DNA from: a bacterium | GTDB lineage: Bacteria > Fidelibacterota > Fidelibacteria > Fidelibacterales > Fidelibacteraceae | Direction: 5' to 3' | NCBI GenBank assembly: GCA_963676395.1 | Contig: OY781066.1 | Span: 1,952,001-2,016,000, forward strand | Length of the DNA stretch: 64,000 bases | Part shown: positions 11,701-19,961 of the stretch, one piece after another | Position numbering within the stretch: the first letter of the stretch is position 1 | Layout of the letters: the number at the start of each line of letters is the position of its first letter | The notes under the pieces: generated by a model | Told to the model about the DNA's origin: nothing | Database searches by the model: none | What the model saw: only the letters and a program-made list of their open reading frames with translations | Translations under genes and position numbers: made by a program

Positions 11701-12686
11701 GTCGAGCTTTAGATTTGAATGGTAGTGATCCGTCACAATTTTCCTTAAATGGCAAGATAACAGTATATGACAATGATTATCAAGTACGCCGTGAATTTAT
11801 AAAAGATACATCCGGATCTAAATCTTCAATCTCATATTTTCTAGAAGGTAATAGATTATTTAACGGTGATGTTGAATTTGATGGTAATACATTTTCAACT
11901 CAAGTATTTATTCCTAAGGATATTCAATATATGGGAAAAGAAGGGAAAGTCCGGATCATGTATTGGAATGAGGATGGAAGTTTTGATGGTGCGGCTGTGA
12001 TTGATGATATTCATGTAGGTGGAATCAATCCGCACGCTGCAAATGATATTACCGGTCCGGAAATTACACTAAGTTCATCGACTATAGAGTTGCAAAATGG
12101 TGCGATTGTATATGATACCAGTAAAATTGCCATTCTTTTTGAGGATGTCAGTGGTGTAAATATTACAGGTACTTCGGGGCATACACTTGAAATGAACATA
12201 GATAATGGTGCAAGGAATGTTGATCTTTCGGAGTTGTTTTCTTACGAGGATAACGGCTATGTAAATGGTAATGTTGAATTCTTGGTCGAAAATTATCTGG
12301 ATGAAGGAGAGCATCTTATAGAGATCTGCGCTTACGATAATTATAATAATTATTCCGAAGTTGAGATCATGATCAATGTAATTGCATCGGATGGAGATGT
12401 TGTTGCAAATTTAGTCAATTTCCCCAATCCTTTTAAAGTCAATACCGATATTACTTTTTCATCTGTATTTGCGGCCACCGCGAGTTTTAGGGTTTATACC
12501 ATTTCAGGCAAGAAGGTCTATGATGAAGAAAATATCAGCATTGATCCGGGCTTTAATGCCATCCCTTTTACTGCCGAAGATGAATATGGTCACAAATTGG
12601 CTGCCGGTGTATATTTTTATGTAATAGAGCTGAATAATGGAATTGAAACAATTAAGCAGCACAGTAAAATGGTGGTATTGCCGTGA
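8796..12686 (+). CDS. porU: PorU-like type IX secretion sortase (peptidase C25) with C-terminal FlgD-Ig/T9SS-type domain
   Basis: Signal peptide; YVLLLGDGHFDY; AIGRIP; catalytic YYGHG and ATCSWG; DITGPEI and AYDNYNN PorU-type tail; NFPNPF...LAAGVYFY. Confidence 0.75.
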   Translation: MKKTILLLLFSFVSINVFAASAISDLNFTNGHILDFKIKTGELRMHSEFIADTLHERYSLPLANFTRTEGEHLYDVFRYPIAISGSLPKVNVNVSKTVPAAHKIKNTKLYSISEPQRYRDQDFVILSINPFLANNMIAAELWVQVDLGKTVSARMPEKFDRIFLNSEYAAGLKASKIKPVSLKKNSPGFNGNWLDVTVDEEGIFVLEKSELLEKGISGSINDDQVYLYAGPGFGSHLRDEFPDSSDFHLKQVPLLYLQGNSDNEDQWVFYASKPSAWERQVEVEDIRYHEFKTVPYGEQQHFRLFVGSTTEAPLRMQQSTPVFDGSEQVVDYFYQRYHYENELINPGKGGELWLGEKLRSNSTFPFYLNNLYTETTLPAYIRLAVGQVSKGTTRFDVYAGSSKLGIFSDTIGSDSDDLDKKSQIVTNRQYRFNNTILSPLTDVKIQTQASSSTADSYLDYIDIIYPAQPIAIDSTLNMWFKEHPLDRKISVSGLVPTLSYVFSVDDPFSTNYYPVSGSTADILIPSSILTTSIMVVNESHFKSPLSVSLLPDFTPTLAEDHSQQTDLLIITPEVFKSEAERLATFKENRNISPLTTQVKTYSEIINQFNAGNNDPYAIWHYLSDMYMMAPDPKPQYVLLLGDGHFDYQNKLYSIQNFIPFLYEPNALWPCDDIFVMVNSREDKTNDMAIGRIPANSINEVKYAIDKIIHYDSRIERGEWQLNSLLVADDPSDPPQGGRFFDQTEFIQDSEDLYNDFLPKAMQAKKVYLTEYPERYITELQTTGRDGAREDIMEAFLNGVSFVNYYGHGDPSVWSQEKVFIKNDLIRMKVNKKYPFVLAATCSWGRSDNPDFQSMAEELVTMEENGAIATLAAVRGVFHPNNVKFVQDFATGLFIGAPEFSNTPLMGDAVLYSKISSSGTVVLPSKESNNLMFMYFGDPSIIPAFPQYIGEIDSISRDTLRALDQVLVEGRALDLNGSDPSQFSLNGKITVYDNDYQVRREFIKDTSGSKSSISYFLEGNRLFNGDVEFDGNTFSTQVFIPKDIQYMGKEGKVRIMYWNEDGSFDGAAVIDDIHVGGINPHAANDITGPEITLSSSTIELQNGAIVYDTSKIAILFEDVSGVNITGTSGHTLEMNIDNGARNVDLSELFSYEDNGYVNGNVEFLVENYLDEGEHLIEICAYDNYNNYSEVEIMINVIASDGDVVANLVNFPNPFKVNTDITFSSVFAATASFRVYTISGKKVYDEENISIDPGFNAIPFTAEDEYGHKLAAGVYFYVIELNNGIETIKQHSKMVVLP

Positions 12687-13270
12687 TCAAGCAAGTAAAT
12701 ATACCTGTTGTTCTTGCTTCCGCTTCGCCACGACGAAAGGCTTTGCTTCAGGAACTAGGACTTAAATTTGAGGTTATACCGGCTCCTATAGATGAAACAC
12801 ATTTGGCAAATGAGAGTGCTCTGGAGTATGTCCGTAGATTGGCTTTGGAAAAAGGGCGGGTAATCGCTCAGCAGTATCCCAAAAGTATGATCATTTCTTC
12901 TGATACTATTGTTGTTTTTAATCATAATATTCTCGGTAAACCGACGTGTGAAGCGGACGCCGAACGGATGTTAAAAGCATTGTCCGGACGTTCTCATGAG
13001 GTGATAACCGCATTTAGTATTCAATGTATTGATCATGATATTGAGTTACTTGAACATGAAATTACCGAAGTGCATTTTCGAAAGCTAAGCAAAGATGATA
13101 TTGATGAATATATTCTAAGTGGTTCACCTATGGATAAAGCCGGTGCTTATGGTATTCAGGATCTTGATGCTTATTTGGTGGATCGTATTAATGGTTCATA
13201 TCAAAACGTTATGGGTTTCCCGCTCGCGAAGTTTGCCCTGGTATGGAATGGTTTGGTAGCTGGTATTTAG
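12683..13270 (+). CDS. maf: Maf family nucleoside triphosphate pyrophosphatase
   Basis: LASASPRRKALL, SDTIV, DKAGAYGIQ, NVMGFP. Confidence 0.95.
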   Translation: MIKQVNIPVVLASASPRRKALLQELGLKFEVIPAPIDETHLANESALEYVRRLALEKGRVIAQQYPKSMIISSDTIVVFNHNILGKPTCEADAERMLKALSGRSHEVITAFSIQCIDHDIELLEHEITEVHFRKLSKDDIDEYILSGSPMDKAGAYGIQDLDAYLVDRINGSYQNVMGFPLAKFALVWNGLVAGI

Positions 13271-13315
13271 TAAGATAAAGTATAGTTTATATTGACTGTA
13301 AATTTTTTAATCAAT

Positions 13316-13348
13316 AAAAGAAAAGCTCCATAATGGAGCTTTTCTTTT
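13316..13348. terminator. Bidirectional terminator between convergent maf and dnaK
   Basis: aaaagaaaagctcca-taa-tggagcttttctttt. Confidence 0.85.
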
Positions 13349-13363
13349 TATGTCAGAGATTCA

Positions 13364-15286
13364 TTACTTTTCTTCGTCAACGACTTCATAATCTGCGTCT
13401 TCAACGTCGTCTGCTTGCTCTGTACCGGCATTCGGATCAGCTTGCTGACCGCCCATATCGGGTCCGCCTGCTTGCTGTTGTGCTTGTTGAGCTTGTGCAT
13501 AAACTTTCTCAGAGATTTTCATCATTGCGCTGTTAACGGCTTCGATCTTTGCTGTAATGTCATCAACATCATCTGATGTTTTAACTTTTTCCAGTTCGTC
13601 CAAAGCGTCTTCAACGGGTTTCTTGTCAGCATCTTCAAGTTTGTCACCGAATTCTTCCAAAGATTTGCGTGTTGAGAAGAGAATCTGTTCAGCTTGATTG
13701 TGAGCTTCTACTTTCTTGCGGAATTTTTCATCTTCTTCAGCGTGTTTGTCAGCTTCATCGGTCATCTTTGAGATTTCTTCATCAGTCAAACCGCTTGAGG
13801 ATTCGATGCGGATATTTTGCTCTTTGTTGGTTGCTTTATCTTTAGCGGTAACATTCATAATACCGTTGGCATCAATATCGAAAGAAACTTCGATCTGGGG
13901 AACACCGCGTGGTGCTGCAGGAATGCCATCTAGAATGAAACGACCAAGTGTTTTGTTGTAAGCAGCTTGTGAGCGTTCACCCTGAAGAACATGGATCTCA
14001 ACCTGAGGTTGATTATTGGCGGCTGTAGAGAAGACTTCTGACTTCTTTACGGGGATTGTTGTGTTCTTTTCTATCAGTTTGGTGAATACGCCACCAAGTG
14101 TTTCAATACCGAGTGATAGGGGAGTAACATCTAAAAGAAGAACATCTTTAACATCACCTTGAAGTACGCCACCTTGGATAGCTGCACCAACAGAAACAAC
14201 TTCATCGGGGTTCACTGTTTTGTTGGGTTCTTTACCAAAAATATCCTTTACGATTTTCTGAACTGAAGGTATACGAGTTGAACCACCTACAAGGATGACT
14301 TCATCAATGTCAGATGCGCTTAAACCGGCATCTTTAATGGCATCAACACAAGGTTTACGAACGCGAGATATAAGGCTTGCCGTTAACTGATCAAATTTTG
14401 CGCGTGTCAATGATAGGTTTAAGTGTTTGGGACCGCTTGAATCTGCCGTCAGGTAAGGAAGATTGATTTCTGTTTGCATTGCAGTTGAAAGTTCCATTTT
14501 AGCTTTCTCAGCAGCTTCTTTTAAGCGCTGAACAGCCATAGGATCACCTGAGATATCCATGTTTTCTTGTTTCTTGAATTCTTCCAATAGATATTCAATA
14601 AGTGCTTGATCGAAATCATCACCACCTAAGTGAGTATCGCCGTTGGTTGACTTTACTTCGAAAACACCGTCGCCGATTTCTAGAATAGATATATCAAATG
14701 TACCGCCACCAAGGTCGAAAACGGCTACTTTTTCTTCTTTGCCTTTATCCAAGCCGTAAGAAAGTGCCGCTGCGGTAGGCTCATTGATAATACGTTTAAC
14801 TTCCAAGCCTGCAATTTTACCGGCATCTTTGGTGGCTTGACGCTGTGAGTCATTAAAGTAAGCTGGAACCGTAATAACGGCTTCTGTCACTTTTTCACCC
14901 AAATAGTCTTCTGCAATTTGTTTCATTTTTTGTAGAACCATTGCAGATACTTCGGGAGGTGAATATGTTTTTTTGTCAATCTTTACACGAACATCGTTAT
15001 TTTTGCCTTTTTCAACGGTGTAAGGGACCTCGTTGATCTCATTGGCAACTTCTTTGAACATACGGCCCATGAAGCGTTTGATCGAATAGATAGTGTTTTG
15101 GGGATTCGTAACTGCTTGACGTTTTGCAGGCGCTCCTACTAAACGTTCTCCGTCTTTTTTAAATGATACAACTGAAGGTGTTGTACGGTTACCTTCTGCA
15201 TTAACCAAAACCTTTGGTTCGTTCCCCTCCATTATGGAGACGCAGGAGTTGGTTGTTCCTAAGTCGATTCCTATTATTTTACCCAT
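13364..15286 (-). CDS. dnaK: Chaperone DnaK (Hsp70)
   Basis: [27 protein letters not shown]; acidic C-terminal DADYEVVD. Confidence 0.99.
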   Translation of the reverse strand: MGKIIGIDLGTTNSCVSIMEGNEPKVLVNAEGNRTTPSVVSFKKDGERLVGAPAKRQAVTNPQNTIYSIKRFMGRMFKEVANEINEVPYTVEKGKNNDVRVKIDKKTYSPPEVSAMVLQKMKQIAEDYLGEKVTEAVITVPAYFNDSQRQATKDAGKIAGLEVKRIINEPTAAALSYGLDKGKEEKVAVFDLGGGTFDISILEIGDGVFEVKSTNGDTHLGGDDFDQALIEYLLEEFKKQENMDISGDPMAVQRLKEAAEKAKMELSTAMQTEINLPYLTADSSGPKHLNLSLTRAKFDQLTASLISRVRKPCVDAIKDAGLSASDIDEVILVGGSTRIPSVQKIVKDIFGKEPNKTVNPDEVVSVGAAIQGGVLQGDVKDVLLLDVTPLSLGIETLGGVFTKLIEKNTTIPVKKSEVFSTAANNQPQVEIHVLQGERSQAAYNKTLGRFILDGIPAAPRGVPQIEVSFDIDANGIMNVTAKDKATNKEQNIRIESSSGLTDEEISKMTDEADKHAEEDEKFRKKVEAHNQAEQILFSTRKSLEEFGDKLEDADKKPVEDALDELEKVKTSDDVDDITAKIEAVNSAMMKISEKVYAQAQQAQQQAGGPDMGGQQADPNAGTEQADDVEDADYEVVDEEK

Positions 15287-15376
15287 GGTCTTTCTCCTTT
15301 ATGTCATTACCGGCTGGCGGGTTAAACCGGCCGCTGTGTTTTTGGTTTTTCAATTGTCATCCGACATATAAAATAT

Positions 15377-15392
15377 TGCAAATATAATGCCA
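15377..15392 (-). promoter_or_regulatory. Putative sigma54 (-24/-12) promoter of dnaK
   Basis: Minus strand TGGCATTATATTTGCA gives exact GG-N10-GC spacing about 90 bp upstream of the ATG. Confidence 0.7.
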
Positions 15393-15403
15393 AAGAATAA
15401 TAT

Positions 15404-15450
15404 ATGACAAAATGACAATAAGTATGACATTTAAATGAGTATGTCGTGAC
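15404..15450. promoter_or_regulatory. Cluster of TGACA/TGTC boxes, candidate activator-binding sites for the dnaK promoter
   Basis: tgacaaaatgacaataagtatgaca...tgtcgtgaca: four TGACA in under 50 bp directly upstream of the -24 box. Confidence 0.5.
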
Positions 15451-15668
15451 ATATTGCGTATCTAAGCATAAAAATGAGAAAGTATGAACAATAAACTCAG
15501 TGCTATTGGATGTATGCAATGTCGGTGAATACCCATGTTTTGCAGGTTAATTGTGCAAGTGTTGAGCTAAATTGCTTGCTTATTATAAATATCAATCCCT
15601 AGAATTTCTTCACTTTTAATTCTTAATTATCTATATTATCCAGACTTAGTTAATAATAGGCAGGGATT

Positions 15669-16319
15669 ATGGTAAAACCACCGTTTATAGGTGCTTCAGA
15701 GGTATTAGAGATTTCCACAGAGGATATTTTCCAGCAATTAAATAAGCAAGTATTATTTAAATCTCGCTGGAAAATGCCAAGGGGCGGGGAAGAGATGCTG
15801 GCTGATCTGATTGATGATGAGCGCATTTTTGCTTATATGGATCCTCAGGCAATTTATGGTTATTTCCCCGTTTTTCGGAAAGAGAAAACGTTGGTTCTTG
15901 AAAATGCAGTTTGGGAATTTCCTGAAATAAAGTCAAAATGTTTGGTCGATCATTTTCAATCGAAAGAAGAGGGCAGTGATATTATCGCTCTTCAAGCTGT
16001 AACCATTGGTTCCGAATCTGTAGAACTTTCAAAAAAGATGTATGCAAATAATGATTATGCTGAATATTTTTTACTGTACGGCCTGGCCGCCGAAATGACA
16101 GAAACTTTAGCTGAAATAATAAATGAAAAGATCAATAAAGAACTTGGTGTAAAAACCATAAGACGGTCTTTTGGATATCCGGCTTGTCCTGATCTTTCAT
16201 ATCAAAGCGCCTTGTTGGAATTATTGAAAGCCGATAGAATTAACCTTAAGCTTTTAGAGAGTAATCAACTGATTCCTGAGTTTTCTACAACTGCGATGGT
16301 GATACAAGCCTTATCATAA
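15669..16319 (+). CDS. Stand-alone cobalamin-dependent methionine synthase activation (AdoMet-binding) domain protein
   Basis: PQAIYGYFP, ALQAVTIG, DYAEYFLLYGLAAEMTETLAE, RSFGYPACPDL and PEFSTTA match the MetH C-terminal domain. Confidence 0.8.
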   Translation: MVKPPFIGASEVLEISTEDIFQQLNKQVLFKSRWKMPRGGEEMLADLIDDERIFAYMDPQAIYGYFPVFRKEKTLVLENAVWEFPEIKSKCLVDHFQSKEEGSDIIALQAVTIGSESVELSKKMYANNDYAEYFLLYGLAAEMTETLAEIINEKINKELGVKTIRRSFGYPACPDLSYQSALLELLKADRINLKLLESNQLIPEFSTTAMVIQALS

Positions 16320-16330
16320 GAAGTGACGGG

Positions 16331-16537
16331 TGTCATTTCGACCGCAATGAATCAACCTGTGGTTGATGAATGGAGTAGAGAAATCTCAAAAGAATAGTTA
16401 TACATTAAGTTGATTAATTGTGAATGATACATTGGAGTAGCTATTTAATAACATGAATCCAATAGTCAAAAAAGAATTTATAAAATTTGAGATCTCTCCG
16501 CTACGCACTACTTTGTAGTCCTACGGTCGAGATGACA
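16331..16537. mobile_element. MITE-like/structured palindromic repeat element (207 bp)
   Basis: Terminal IRs tgtcatttcgaccg / cggtcgagatgaca (13 of 14 match) plus internal IR agagaaatctcaaa / tttgagatctctc; no coding capacity. Confidence 0.7.
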
Positions 16538-16559
16538 ATTATAACAATAAAGGACAACT

Positions 16560-17894
16560 ATGAGCGAAGTAAAACGACAATTGAATCTGTTTCAGGTGGT
16601 GGCAATTATTATCGGACTGGTGATTGGTTCTGGAGTTTTTATTAATATTGCTCCTGTCCAGCGAGCTACTGGTTCACCGGGTTTGGCTGTGATAGCATGG
16701 GCGATAGGTGGACTTTTTATGCTACCTCAGATCTTTATATATGCCGAATTGGGAACCGCTTATCCAAGTCAGGGTTTTGGTTATCTTTATCTGCAGAAAG
16801 CAGGTTCGCCTATGTTGGCTTTTCTATATACATGGACAGCGTTTTGGACCTCTGATATGCCCTCGATCACTATTTTAAGTATTGCTGCGGTTTCAGCTTT
16901 AGATGTGTTCATTCCGGCATTAACCGTTGATGCGATGTCCACGAAATTGATAGCGATTGCTGTAATTCTTGTGCTAACCTTAATTCATGTTCGCTCAGTA
17001 AAACAAGGATCTTGGATACAGGTGATCTTAACGGTGTTAAAAATCCTGCCGCTTGCTATTCTTGCAATTATTGGATTATTTTATTTTAAATCCCCCAACT
17101 TATTTTTGGAACCACAGGTGGCAGAACCTGCAAAGCATTCGGTACTGTGGTTGCTTATGATGGGCGCCGCCGGCACGGTATGGTCTTATGCCGGTTTTCC
17201 GAATGTCATGTATATGGCCGGAGAAGTAAAAAATCCTCAACGTAATATCCCACTGGCATTGATCGGTTCGGCTTTATTTGTGACCTTAATGTATATTCTT
17301 ATTTCATTTGCTTCGGGAGCTTTGATCCCACATGAAGAAATTGTTCAAACGACAGGATTTTTAAATCCATTTAAGTATTTGCCGGCTTTTGCTAAGATCG
17401 CCTCGGGCTTTCTTGCTGTTGCTGCATGCATATCATGTATCGGGGCAACCAATGTTTGCGTGATGAGTCAGCCAAGATTACAATATGCAATGGCAAAGGA
17501 CGGTTTATTTTTTCAGGCTTTTGGTAAGATACATCCCAAATTCGGCACACCGGTCAACTCCATTTTATTACAATCCGGATTTGCTATTATTTTAGTATTC
17601 CTGAGCCAGGATACGCTTGATACACTGCTTGGATATTTTACTTTTTCATACCTCCTTCAGAATATCTTGGTCTATGGTTCTATCTTTTGGTTGAAAAAGC
17701 GTGATGATTACAAGCCAGCATATAAATCACCCATGTGGCGAGTTATGACTATTCTTGCCATTATATTACCCATACCTTTGATCATTGCAAGTTTTTCTAC
17801 ATTTCCCTTAATGGGGATATTGTTCAGTATCGGATTCACGGTGTTGGGTATACCGGTGTATTATTTGTTTAAGAATAGAATGAATACTAAATAG
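16560..17894 (+). CDS. APC-family amino acid permease (FrlA/SteT-like)
   Basis: IGSGVF, YAELGTAYP, WSYAGF, GEVKNPQRNIP, IHPKFGTP; about 12 TM segments. Confidence 0.92.
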   Translation: MSEVKRQLNLFQVVAIIIGLVIGSGVFINIAPVQRATGSPGLAVIAWAIGGLFMLPQIFIYAELGTAYPSQGFGYLYLQKAGSPMLAFLYTWTAFWTSDMPSITILSIAAVSALDVFIPALTVDAMSTKLIAIAVILVLTLIHVRSVKQGSWIQVILTVLKILPLAILAIIGLFYFKSPNLFLEPQVAEPAKHSVLWLLMMGAAGTVWSYAGFPNVMYMAGEVKNPQRNIPLALIGSALFVTLMYILISFASGALIPHEEIVQTTGFLNPFKYLPAFAKIASGFLAVAACISCIGATNVCVMSQPRLQYAMAKDGLFFQAFGKIHPKFGTPVNSILLQSGFAIILVFLSQDTLDTLLGYFTFSYLLQNILVYGSIFWLKKRDDYKPAYKSPMWRVMTILAIILPIPLIIASFSTFPLMGILFSIGFTVLGIPVYYLFKNRMNTK

Positions 17895-17979
17895 TATAGC
17901 TTATTCTTTGGGCCGAATCTATGTGTTTTTTTTTAGAAAAAGGCACATTCAGCTTCGTATAAATGTTATTAATTAAGTT

Positions 17980-18999
17980 TTAACGGTCGAGTAATACATC
18001 TATGGCTGTTTCGATAACGGTATCGAGACCTTGTTGCATATCGATAGAATCCAGTACGGCATAATGGTCGGGAGGTACACCGTTTTCGTAGTTTAGGCCA
18101 TCGGGTGTAAGACTGCGAGTAATGGAAAAGCGATAAGTCCAGCCATTAGGGAGTTGCCCGCCATTCGGCATGCCGAGACCACCACCTGTGGTATCACCCA
18201 CAAGAACAATATTGTCCAATTCAAGAGTAGCGAGCGAGAACATAGATGTCGCGGAATATGATCCACGATCTATCAATACTGCTATCGGTTTATTATAATG
18301 CAAGGATGAATCCGCAGGTGAAATGAAAAGATCTTCGTTTTCGGTAAATTCATCGTGGGCGGGACCGGATTTGATACAGGTAGTATAGATAGGACCATCG
18401 TAATATGAGAAGTATGACAGGAGACTGAAGACATTCATGAGGTAACCACCGCCGTTTTGACGCATATCCAGGATCATGCCGTCTGTATCTTTGTATCGAT
18501 TGAAAATATATTTAATATTCGCTGATGTGAATGTTGAAGAAAATGAACTGTAACGAACATAAGCAATACGATTATTCTCAATAAAATCGTGTGAAAATGC
18601 TCCGGTCGAGTAGTAATCATCCCCTAGATAATTATCTTTTAAAAAGCGCCAATTTATGTTTTGTGGTCCCAATTTTGTGATATCATAGCGGGAAATATTA
18701 AAATCTGAAAATAGGTTTACATGCCCATCTTTGAGTTCATTAAGCATTTCTCCCAGAACAATAAAAAGTGAGTCATCTGTCATATCATCATTGATGCGCG
18801 CTGAATATTCCGTGTATATCTCATCCCAGTCAACATTCTTGACATCAAAATATGCATATTGTTTGTCAACTTTATTCCAAAGGTATTCGAAAGTGGCCGT
18901 CGGACCTGTTTCGGGATCTTGTGAAAATATTATTTGCTCACAGGATGTGATTGTCAATAATAAGATAAATGATATGAGGCTAAGTATAATTTTTTTCAT
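17980..18999 (-). CDS. S41 family peptidase, lipoprotein
   Basis: Lipobox ITSC; LKDGH; ILDMRQNGGG; SYSAT; VGDTTGGG. Confidence 0.92.
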   Translation of the reverse strand: MKKIILSLISFILLLTITSCEQIIFSQDPETGPTATFEYLWNKVDKQYAYFDVKNVDWDEIYTEYSARINDDMTDDSLFIVLGEMLNELKDGHVNLFSDFNISRYDITKLGPQNINWRFLKDNYLGDDYYSTGAFSHDFIENNRIAYVRYSSFSSTFTSANIKYIFNRYKDTDGMILDMRQNGGGYLMNVFSLLSYFSYYDGPIYTTCIKSGPAHDEFTENEDLFISPADSSLHYNKPIAVLIDRGSYSATSMFSLATLELDNIVLVGDTTGGGLGMPNGGQLPNGWTYRFSITRSLTPDGLNYENGVPPDHYAVLDSIDMQQGLDTVIETAIDVLLDR

Positions 19000-19000
19000 A

Positions 19001-19801
19001 TTAATTCAACTTGAAATAGAGTGATACGACCAATTGATGAAAAGCGGATTCAAAGAGGTATATATCTTTGCTCCCCGAACTAAACATATCCCAGGTATAG
19101 GCTAGACCAATGATGTTTCCATTTGGAAGATATTTGTTAACACCTAGTTCTGCGCTTAAAGGGAGTCCTCCGAAAAAATAGTGTCTGTCAAAAATTCCCA
19201 GATCATTTTCATTAACATATGCATATTCGGGGCGACCGTTAAATGTTAAGGCTGGAATATTAGCCTTAAAATAGGGCATATATTTTTGCTTACGGATATT
19301 GAAGTACATACCGGCAAATTTAATCTGTTTCCGCTCAATATCAATAGTGTAGGCAAAACGTGTGCTGATCGCCATTTTAACCCTCATATCAATATTGAAA
19401 GTAGCATTTTGATAAGCAGGAGAGTATAATCCACTTAAGCCGATATTCACCACCCCACCTAAACGAAGATCAAATTTATTGTTTTTAAAGAGAGGCAGAT
19501 CATGCAGATATGAGATGTCCATTGATCCATCAAAATAATTGAGTGAATTCAGGGTTGCCAGTCCTACCATACCCGTTGCACCAAATGATAAATTAATAGT
19601 ATTTTTGTTGGTTTCGTTCTGATACGATGCGTTTGCCAGCATCATGGTACCATGGTATCGTAGAGGAGAAGTCCCCATATCTTTTACGTGACCATAGCCT
19701 ACTCCAAAGGATGTAAAAAGGAATTTTTCTGAGTACATTTCTGATGCTCCCAGAGCTGTCAGGAGCAAAGATAAGGTAATTATAAATTTTGCGTATTTCA
19801 T
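19001..19801 (-). CDS. Hypothetical outer-membrane protein, co-transcribed with the S41 peptidase
   Basis: Signal peptide; DMGTSPLRYHG; beta-strand pattern ending LVVSLYFKLN. Confidence 0.7.
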   Translation of the reverse strand: MKYAKFIITLSLLLTALGASEMYSEKFLFTSFGVGYGHVKDMGTSPLRYHGTMMLANASYQNETNKNTINLSFGATGMVGLATLNSLNYFDGSMDISYLHDLPLFKNNKFDLRLGGVVNIGLSGLYSPAYQNATFNIDMRVKMAISTRFAYTIDIERKQIKFAGMYFNIRKQKYMPYFKANIPALTFNGRPEYAYVNENDLGIFDRHYFFGGLPLSAELGVNKYLPNGNIIGLAYTWDMFSSGSKDIYLFESAFHQLVVSLYFKLN

Positions 19802-19961
19802 AGTAAAACTTAGTTCTAGTTAAATTAATATCCAATTAATAATAGCAAATATTTTTCAAGCGATTTAGTTCCCCTACTTATGAATAATCCTATATGTAAT
19901 TGATTTATTTATTGTTATATTCAATACAAAAGAAAAAGAACGAGCAAAATTGGGATGGAAA

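Noticed and set aside
15287..15668. CIRCE operator or cobalamin riboswitch in the dnaK / MetH-domain intergenic region
   Set aside because: No TTAGCACTC-N9-GAGTGCTAA and no recognisable B12-box.
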